Origin: Escherichia phage SP27
Strand: one strand, 5' to 3'
Length of the DNA stretch: 64,000 nucleotides
Sequence record: LC494302.1
In this document: positions 9,561-16,901 of the stretch, one piece after another
Layout of the letters: each line of letters opens with the position of its first letter
Numbering within the stretch: the stretch's first letter is position 1
Translations under genes and position numbers: made by a program
The notes under the pieces: model-generated
Told to the model about the DNA's origin: nothing
Database searches by the model: none
Seen by the model: only the letters and a program-made list of their open reading frames with translations

Positions 9561-10148
9561 ATGGCATATAAAATAAGAGCAGACCTTAAGGCAATGCAAC
9601 AAGTAACAGTTCAGGGTAAAAGTACTGGTCTTGGTGTATTAGGTAATAATATGACTTATTACCCAACAAATTCAAATGGGGAATGTACATTCCCCTCTAT
9701 TACCAAAGATGAAGTTAACTTTATTGTCAATGGATTACCACTTACACAATACGGAGAATTGTATGATGACGCTAGTCTAAATATTACTTCATCAGGCTAT
9801 AGTCTTACATTTAACAGACAGATACCATCATTTATTGGTGGTTATCTTTATAAATTTCCAGCAGTTTCTATTTTTGCTTCAACTGTTTCATCTGGAACAC
9901 AAACACAATACGTATATGCAACGTTAGTTCTCGGTGAACCAATTTATAAAATATCACCAACACAAATACAAGAATCTGAAATTATAATGTTTATTGGAAC
10001 ACTGACCGTTGGTACAAGTGGTATTACAAATATAAACATTAATAAAGTATCCAGATTTAGTACATATAGACCTAGTGTTACACAAAAAGGTTCTTCATTC
10101 CCAGTCAGTACTGGAAAACCATCAGAAACTGGTACAATTGGTTGGTAA
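9561..10148 (+). CDS. short fibre-like protein B (195 aa) sharing the C-terminal module
   Basis: AAAGGA RBS; C-terminus KVSRFSTYRPSVTQKGSSFPVSTGKPSETGTIGW is homologous to the C-termini of the flanking large proteins. Confidence 0.45.
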   Translation: MAYKIRADLKAMQQVTVQGKSTGLGVLGNNMTYYPTNSNGECTFPSITKDEVNFIVNGLPLTQYGELYDDASLNITSSGYSLTFNRQIPSFIGGYLYKFPAVSIFASTVSSGTQTQYVYATLVLGEPIYKISPTQIQESEIIMFIGTLTVGTSGITNININKVSRFSTYRPSVTQKGSSFPVSTGKPSETGTIGW

Positions 10149-10164
10149 ATTAAGGAAAAGAAAG

Positions 10165-12894
10165 ATGTCATCAAAACGAATTATAGGAAGTGCCGAGATC
10201 CTTGGGAACTTGGCAATTGGACAAAGGTACGCTATGCGTACTTTTAATGGAACCTCACCGAATGCCAATACTGGAATTGTTCAATATCCAATATATAAGC
10301 GTTCAGAAGTTCAAAGTATTTTAGATATGTTGCCTATATCACGTGTAGGAGAAATGGATTACTTACCATTAAACGTAAGTGGATCGTATGAAGGTGCTAC
10401 ACCTATGTCAAGTGACCAAGTAGTTCAGCCAACAATTATTGAAGATGATGGAACCGCCGTTGTTCTGCGTAGCGGAACCAATGGTAGTACTAAAGGTTTT
10501 TATTATTCATTTATACGAGATCTCCGAAATATAACTATGATTTCACAAGAAAGTGTTATTTCAACCAATTCAATGTATAAACCTTCAATTATGAGTAGTA
10601 CTGAAAATATTAAGTATTTTATTGGCTCTAATGGTTATGAGATGCTTGGATGTTTAAGTACTGAAGATAATTATATTTTTACTATAACCAATGGCACATT
10701 TAACGAAATATCACATATTCATGCTAAAGTTCCAAGTACTTCTTTTGGTAATGATATGCCAATATATACACATATTGTTGGGACAAAGGTTTATATTTGG
10801 TGTAAAGATAAAAGTGTTTCTAATTTAGGATTAGCACTTTCAATTTATACAGTAGAGCTAAGTGATGTGAAAGCAAGCTCAATGGCATCATTAACAAAAG
10901 TTACTGGGTTATCAGGTCAAACTGTTCGAAACACAAGTTATTCTGCATCTAATAACATAAGAGTGTTCGATAAATTATATAGTGTTGGTACTAGCTCGGA
11001 TTCATTATTCGAAGTTACATCACCAGTATCACGTGTAGAATTTTCAGACTATACAGACTTTAACATTCAAGCCAACGTTAGTCCTGATTTATCAAAAATA
11101 CGTGTAACTTTATATCCAACACATCGAATGGTTACACCTTTGTATATTTCAACAGTTTATGGTACTGGAATAAGTTTTGTTTATAATATAAACTCAAAAT
11201 CTATGTCACTAGATGGTAGTGCTCGTGCACCTGCAACTGTTTCATATAATAATGGATTTCAAGTTTCTAACCCATTTGAAATTAATATGGTCAACTTCAC
11301 AGGGACAACTGCTGCTGGTGTATTAGGAAACGCAGGTGGTTTATGTCAAACTAAAGATGGTTTGGTATTTGCATCTAAATTTAGATGGAGTTCAACTGAA
11401 TTTTATGGTCTACAACGATATAAGGTTAGTGGGACACCGTTTGATTCATGGGTTGCCAGTACTAGAACCGCAAGTAACGTTATAAATGCAAACGTTTTAC
11501 CAGTTTTTGGTAGTGCTGTTGGTGCAAACCTTTTAGGTGTACGTTTCATCGATAATAGAAAAATATTATTAGCATGTTCTGGTACGTATGATGATGTAAC
11601 ATATAATTATAATAATACTGTTTTTTCTGAAATAGGTTCACAACCAACATATCAATATAACTCAGTTCAAAATAATACTACATTAAATGGTTTTGCACCA
11701 CAATCTAATCGTAAACAAATAGGCGATGATTTTACATACACTGCTATGATTTCTCTTGTTGATACCGATGGTAGTGTTAGATGCTATGGAACATCATTCA
11801 TTGAAGGTGTATATAAAACAAGTGGTGGATTATTAAATCCAGATACTTTAGAATTTGATGAAACATATACAATAGAACCAACGGTATTAGAATCATTAAA
11901 ACAAGATATTTTTGCTAATATAGGAAACTCTGGCATTGTTGGTACACTATCTGGACAAATTGTATTATATTATGTACCTGATAATACTTTTTCTAAATCC
12001 ATCGCAGTAGTTTCAGCATATAATCTTAACAATAACCAAGGTTATGCAATCTATGCCGAAGTTGATGTTGTATTATCTGGAACTAACATAACTTCAGCTA
12101 CATTGGTGAGTACTAGATATGAGACACTTAGTTCTGTTACAGGAATTATTACTGAAGCATATATGAAACGTTGTACTGGTCTAACAGTTGCAAAATATTC
12201 AGGATTTGGTTACATTGGTGTTGATGCTGTTCATCAATTTTCACAACCAGGTAATGCACAATTTAAGATGATGATAGCTAAAACAGTAGATGGTGTCATA
12301 ACATCAAATCGTTTTTTATCATCTAGTTACATCCAACTTGGTGCAGCATATCAACATGGTGTTATTCCTGGTGTTGGTTTTGGATATTACAATTTTCAAG
12401 ATTCTGACTATCAAACCAAATCTGTATTCAGCGTTTTTGGTACAACATCTGCTGAAATGGATGGTTTAATTAGCGGAAATGGTAGCGTTAAAGAAAAGAT
12501 TGTGGTAGTATCACAAGACGTTGCACAAGGATTCTCAGTGTACTTTACACGTGAAGTTCCGGTGTTTTTAGGTGGAATTTTCGACAGACTACCTATACAA
12601 AGTGTTGATTTAAGTACTGTAAAAAGTAACCCAGCTAATACTACGTTCTATTTGTATATACAAATGAACAGGAATACTAAGAAAGCGTCATATGTTATTA
12701 GTACTGAAACAATTGATGAATCTTTAACTAGCACTTACATTGGTAAGATAGTTACTGGAACTTCAGGAATAACTTCAATTGATACAGAAAAAGTAACTCG
12801 TTTTTTGACATATCGTCCAAGTACAACGAAACGTGGTTCAGCGATACCTGCCAGTACTGGTGTACCATCAGGTCCAGGTACACGTTGGAAATAA
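10165..12894 (+). CDS. tail fibre-like structural protein C (about 909 aa)
   Basis: Start placed at ATG 10165 (AAGGAAAAG RBS; ORF track gives 10075, overlapping the upstream gene). Shares the VVSQDVAQGF...KSNPANTTFY module and C-terminal module with protein A. Confidence 0.5.
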   Translation: MSSKRIIGSAEILGNLAIGQRYAMRTFNGTSPNANTGIVQYPIYKRSEVQSILDMLPISRVGEMDYLPLNVSGSYEGATPMSSDQVVQPTIIEDDGTAVVLRSGTNGSTKGFYYSFIRDLRNITMISQESVISTNSMYKPSIMSSTENIKYFIGSNGYEMLGCLSTEDNYIFTITNGTFNEISHIHAKVPSTSFGNDMPIYTHIVGTKVYIWCKDKSVSNLGLALSIYTVELSDVKASSMASLTKVTGLSGQTVRNTSYSASNNIRVFDKLYSVGTSSDSLFEVTSPVSRVEFSDYTDFNIQANVSPDLSKIRVTLYPTHRMVTPLYISTVYGTGISFVYNINSKSMSLDGSARAPATVSYNNGFQVSNPFEINMVNFTGTTAAGVLGNAGGLCQTKDGLVFASKFRWSSTEFYGLQRYKVSGTPFDSWVASTRTASNVINANVLPVFGSAVGANLLGVRFIDNRKILLACSGTYDDVTYNYNNTVFSEIGSQPTYQYNSVQNNTTLNGFAPQSNRKQIGDDFTYTAMISLVDTDGSVRCYGTSFIEGVYKTSGGLLNPDTLEFDETYTIEPTVLESLKQDIFANIGNSGIVGTLSGQIVLYYVPDNTFSKSIAVVSAYNLNNNQGYAIYAEVDVVLSGTNITSATLVSTRYETLSSVTGIITEAYMKRCTGLTVAKYSGFGYIGVDAVHQFSQPGNAQFKMMIAKTVDGVITSNRFLSSSYIQLGAAYQHGVIPGVGFGYYNFQDSDYQTKSVFSVFGTTSAEMDGLISGNGSVKEKIVVVSQDVAQGFSVYFTREVPVFLGGIFDRLPIQSVDLSTVKSNPANTTFYLYIQMNRNTKKASYVISTETIDESLTSTYIGKIVTGTSGITSIDTEKVTRFLTYRPSTTKRGSAIPASTGVPSGPGTRWK

Positions 12895-12898
12895 ATTT

Positions 12899-12929
12899 AA
12901 AGCTCGTCTATTGACGGGCTTTTCTTTTA
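12899..12929 (+). terminator. terminator-like hairpin overlapping a promoter
   Basis: aagctcgtc-tatt-gacgggctt stem (one G-U pair) followed by TTCTTTTAT. Confidence 0.4.
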
Positions 12930-12939
12930 TGTGTATAAT
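12911..12939 (+). promoter_or_regulatory. sigma70-like promoter (TTGACG-17-TATAAT)
   Basis: -35 TTGACG and -10 TATAAT with 17-nt spacer, about 20 nt upstream of a GGAGG RBS and ATG 12962. Confidence 0.4.
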
Positions 12940-12961
12940 TGAATAAAAATAGGAGGAAATT

Positions 12962-13528
12962 ATGGTCAAAACTTTATTACCACCACCAAAACGTCACAAA
13001 ATCAAAGAAATGAAAGAACAACGTACATTAAAGATGTACAACAATTTAGTTAAGTTACTGTGTAAAAGTCCATCGCTCAAAGCAGAGTTTAAAACTGATG
13101 ATGACCGTAAAGCACTAATTGAGATGAAATATATGCTCAGTAAAATGTCCTTTTACAAATTTGTAAAAGAATACGCATCTGACCCATTTAGTCCTCGTTG
13201 GAGAGCCAAACCAAGAGAGTATTTTTACGGTGGTTCATATACAGATCGCATTCAAGACACAGTGATGGGAGTTGAATTTGAAATCGATTATGAGCCGAAT
13301 GGTGAGGAAATCTTGCAGATTGAGAAACGTTTACCAAGTGAAGAAGAAATTTATGTTTATGCAAGAAAACTTTCAAATTACAGTTCAAGAATTACTCTAG
13401 GCAATTTAGATTCATTAATTATTTTCTATACACGTGTTGGTGTAGATAAGATGGTAACTAAACTCAATGAACTTTCATTACAACAAAAACAGATTAATGC
13501 ATACAAAGACATTACTGATTTATACTAA
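12962..13528 (+). CDS. hypothetical protein, tandem paralog 1 of 3 (188 aa)
   Basis: Strong RBS; shares the motif [D/N]D.[D/N]R[K/R].[L/I]I[E/D].KY.LSK and a W....F.G..Y segment with the next two ORFs. Confidence 0.5.
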   Translation: MVKTLLPPPKRHKIKEMKEQRTLKMYNNLVKLLCKSPSLKAEFKTDDDRKALIEMKYMLSKMSFYKFVKEYASDPFSPRWRAKPREYFYGGSYTDRIQDTVMGVEFEIDYEPNGEEILQIEKRLPSEEEIYVYARKLSNYSSRITLGNLDSLIIFYTRVGVDKMVTKLNELSLQQKQINAYKDITDLY

Positions 13529-13534
13529 TGAGGA

Positions 13535-14056
13535 ATGGATATGTTTTTTGGATCAGTTGGAAAACAAAACAGTACTTTAATTTGGCATGAAATTATCTTC
13601 AAAATTATATCTAAAAGCTACTCACTAAAGGATATTATCACCACAGATAATGATAGACGTATCCTGTTAGATGCAAAATATAAATTGAGCAAACACCCTT
13701 TACTTTCTTTAATCATTGATTACGTTAATGATTATGAATCTAGTCGTTGGAAGTGGGAAGACGGCGGTTTATTTCGTGGAAAAACATTCTACGGTGCGGA
13801 ACGATATGTTTTCAGTGATGCATCAAATGGCGTTAAGTTTGTTATTAGAAACTTTAACTCCAAAGAAAATGATTATCTTGAAAGTGGAGTGAAAGTATAT
13901 ATCGATAATAATAGCAATGTCCTAACATATGACGAATCACTAATTATGTTACAAATAATGCGTGGTGTTGAAGGTGTAAGAAACAACCTTACTAAATTGA
14001 AAATCCAGCAAAATGATATACATAATAGACAGAAAATTAAGGGTTTATATAAATGA
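13535..14056 (+). CDS. hypothetical protein, tandem paralog 2 of 3 (173 aa)
   Basis: TDNDRRILLDAKYKLSK motif shared with paralogs 1 and 3; start may be 13541 (better RBS spacing). Confidence 0.5.
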   Translation: MDMFFGSVGKQNSTLIWHEIIFKIISKSYSLKDIITTDNDRRILLDAKYKLSKHPLLSLIIDYVNDYESSRWKWEDGGLFRGKTFYGAERYVFSDASNGVKFVIRNFNSKENDYLESGVKVYIDNNSNVLTYDESLIMLQIMRGVEGVRNNLTKLKIQQNDIHNRQKIKGLYK

Positions 14057-14562
14057 TTTCATTTTTCAAAAAGAAACAAAAAGTTGATGAAACAGGATTA
14101 GAATCGTTTCTATGGACTCTTATCATCAAAAAAAGTCCATTGATAAAAGAATATGCTATCAATGATGCTAATAGAAAAACTATCATTGAATACAAATACG
14201 AATTATCAAAATGTGATCCAATCGTTTATCACTTTGCGAAGTACTGTTCAAAAAATTTATCGGATATCACAATAGACCATGAGTCAGTTCCAATGAGCTT
14301 TCCTTATGGTGATTGGGTAGATACTTTTGATATTTTTGATGGGTCCAATGGATTCAGTTTCTTTTACTCGTCAAATAAAGCAAATGTTCGTATTAAAACA
14401 GAGATAGGTTGGGCACAGCATAGCTCAAATAAAGAAGATTATAATTTACTAGCTGACGTATACCGAAGTGTGAAGAATTCAAAGGATATTGATGAAAGAA
14501 TTAAAAAGCAAAATCGTATTTCTTTATCACTTGAAACATACAAGTCAAAGTATGGTGGTTAA
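14053..14562 (+). CDS. hypothetical protein, tandem paralog 3 of 3 (169 aa)
   Basis: NDANRKTIIEYKYELSK motif shared with paralogs 1 and 2; ATGA coupling with the upstream gene. Confidence 0.5.
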   Translation: MISFFKKKQKVDETGLESFLWTLIIKKSPLIKEYAINDANRKTIIEYKYELSKCDPIVYHFAKYCSKNLSDITIDHESVPMSFPYGDWVDTFDIFDGSNGFSFFYSSNKANVRIKTEIGWAQHSSNKEDYNLLADVYRSVKNSKDIDERIKKQNRISLSLETYKSKYGG

Positions 14563-14564
14563 CG

Positions 14565-14966
14565 ATGACTACAGTTGATGATATCTACAGCACTATACGC
14601 AATATGAGTACAGATAGAAAAGTATTTGGTGATAAAGAAAAATCTAAGTGTTATGGTATTGATTCTTTTGATATAATTTCTTATGAGTACAACACGAGTG
14701 GAAATAGTTCACTGAATATCGTCTGCCCTCGTGACCCAGAAAATAATTTTATGTATGTTGAAATTAATAATGATGGAATATTTTTTACAAAAGTTTTTAA
14801 AGGTGGAATTAATTACGAACCAATTGAATGTATGAATGAAGAAACTTTCTTTCAAGAAGATACAATTATCAATTTAGGTTTTAGTTTTGATGATTATAAA
14901 ACATTAGAACATGACTTTAATCGTTATTATAACGGTTTCTTAAAGGAGTTAACAATTTATCTATGA
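14565..14966 (+). CDS. hypothetical protein (133 aa)
   Basis: ORF coupled between the paralog trio and the nucleotidyltransferase gene. Confidence 0.45.
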   Translation: MTTVDDIYSTIRNMSTDRKVFGDKEKSKCYGIDSFDIISYEYNTSGNSSLNIVCPRDPENNFMYVEINNDGIFFTKVFKGGINYEPIECMNEETFFQEDTIINLGFSFDDYKTLEHDFNRYYNGFLKELTIYL

Positions 14967-16195
14967 ATAACCAATATGTTGAACAAACAATAGTGAAACA
15001 CTTGGCTGGGTCACAAGCCTACGGAACCAGTACACCTGAAAGTGATACTGATTATCGTGGTATTTTTCTTGCTAATAAAGAATTTATTCTTACGCCATTC
15101 TATAAGGTCAAAGAAGTAGCTGATAAAAATGAAGAAGATACTAAATTCTATGAGTTAAATCAGTATTTAAAATTATACACTGAAGCCAACCCTAATATAT
15201 TGGAATCACTATGGGTCGAACCAGAACACATTGTAGAAAGTACTGAGATTTATGACTATCTTCGTTCATTTAACCAAAAACTTCTTAGTTCTAAGATTGC
15301 ATTTTCATATACTGGATATGCATATAATCAGATTAAGCGTATGACAAATCACCACGGTTGGATGGATAAAGAGCGTATTGCTGAAAAACGTTTAAATGAG
15401 ATTTTAGAAGAACACCCAGTCGATGAGGTTCTTGCGTGGATGTATGATTCATTTCCACAATATCTTGTTGAACGTTTAGATACATCGAACTTACATCCAT
15501 TTAATGCTAAAAAGATTGATTTTGAAAAATATATGCGTGATACGTCATTGCAGTTAGTTTCGAAAAATCCATTAAAGCAATATCATTTTGTAAAATTAGT
15601 GCATAACTACACTACTGACAAAATTCTAGATCGTGATTTCAATTTATTGAATTTTAATAATGGCTATGAACTAATTCATTACGGAGAAAACATTTTTGCG
15701 ATTATTAAAAATCCGAATGAAAGCACTATCAACGGTGATGGATCATTGCGTTATTTTTCTAAAGAGCGTAGTACTGAAGAGTTGAAAACTAAACCAGAAC
15801 TAATTGTCAAATTTAACGAAAAAGAATATCAGGAAAATAGTGAGAATAGGAAAAGTTATCATAAATGGAAAGAAAATCGTAATGCCAAACGTGCTATTTT
15901 AGAATCACAACACGGATACGATTGTAAACATGCTATGCACACAATCCGACTTTTGAATAGTGCAGAAGAAGCATTACAAAGTGGAATTATTCAAGTTAAA
16001 CGACCAGATGCACAAATGTTGATGGATATTCGTAATGGTAAATGGAAGTATGAAGAAGTATTAGAATATTTCGATGATAAAGTACAATACATTCGTGATG
16101 TTCTATATAAGAAATCAGTACTTCCTAAAAAACCAAACATCAAGTTAGCATCAAAAATTATCATTGATATTAGAGAAATGCAATGGTATAAGTAA
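14963..16195 (+). CDS. predicted nucleotidyltransferase (Pol-beta superfamily, GS-x9-DxD type)
   Basis: N-terminal HLAGSQAYGTSTPESDTDYRGIF matches the G[S/G]...YG...SDxD..G signature of minimal/predicted nucleotidyltransferases; 410 aa. Confidence 0.6.
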   Translation: MNNQYVEQTIVKHLAGSQAYGTSTPESDTDYRGIFLANKEFILTPFYKVKEVADKNEEDTKFYELNQYLKLYTEANPNILESLWVEPEHIVESTEIYDYLRSFNQKLLSSKIAFSYTGYAYNQIKRMTNHHGWMDKERIAEKRLNEILEEHPVDEVLAWMYDSFPQYLVERLDTSNLHPFNAKKIDFEKYMRDTSLQLVSKNPLKQYHFVKLVHNYTTDKILDRDFNLLNFNNGYELIHYGENIFAIIKNPNESTINGDGSLRYFSKERSTEELKTKPELIVKFNEKEYQENSENRKSYHKWKENRNAKRAILESQHGYDCKHAMHTIRLLNSAEEALQSGIIQVKRPDAQMLMDIRNGKWKYEEVLEYFDDKVQYIRDVLYKKSVLPKKPNIKLASKIIIDIREMQWYK

Positions 16196-16272
16196 CATAT
16201 ACAAGTGTAATGGTACTAAAAATGCCATTACACTCAATAAATACTCAATATAAATTAACACAAGGATTAAGT

Positions 16273-16401
16273 ATGGCACAACAAATTTTCACAGATATCC
16301 ACACTACCGGAGTTATTAAATTTCAAAATAATTTTTCAGGTGCAACTGGTGTAGACATTAAAAATGATGGTTTTAACATTGTCAGTACTCGGATCTATTG
16401 A
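16273..16401 (+). CDS. small ORF (42 aa), possibly the 5' part of a frameshifted gene
   Basis: ATG 16273 with AAGGA 6 nt upstream; ends inside the start of the next ORF, which is in the +1 frame. Confidence 0.25.
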   Translation: MAQQIFTDIHTTGVIKFQNNFSGATGVDIKNDGFNIVSTRIY

Positions 16402-16900
16402 TGGTGAAGATAGTTCTCTTAGTGATTCTGTGATTGCATCATTCGGAACTAATAAAAACAGTTCTTTTATTATATCTGGATGGACTGGAATGACTGATTC
16501 TGAAAATAATGTTAAGATAAAAGCTAAATCTACTAACGAGAATCATGAAACAGAATGGGTAACATTATATGATAGTGCAAGTAATAAGTTATATAATGTA
16601 CTAAGTTCTAATAACATTTTAATTAATCCACTGTCGGGTAATGCTGTTTTTAATATTAATTTATCTGATAGAAATACTACTATTTCGATTGGTGCGGCTC
16701 CTACTGAAGTTTATTCAATTACCATCCTATTAACACAACAAACAGGTTCAAACCTAGTTAATTGGGGTTCTAATGTTAAATGGTCATATAACAGACCAGT
16801 TGTTCTTTCTTATGAAATTGGCGAAAAAGATATTATTTCATTAGAAACATATGATAAAGGAGTTACATGGTACGGTGCATTAATTAGAGCAGGAGTATGA
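16364..16900 (+). CDS. hypothetical Ser/Thr/Asn-rich protein (178 aa)
   Basis: ORF lacking a clear RBS at its ATG and overlapping the upstream small ORF by 38 nt; composition resembles virion fibre/decoration proteins. Confidence 0.4.
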   Translation: MMVLTLSVLGSIDGEDSSLSDSVIASFGTNKNSSFIISGWTGMTDSENNVKIKAKSTNENHETEWVTLYDSASNKLYNVLSSNNILINPLSGNAVFNINLSDRNTTISIGAAPTEVYSITILLTQQTGSNLVNWGSNVKWSYNRPVVLSYEIGEKDIISLETYDKGVTWYGALIRAGV

Positions 16901-16901
16901 T

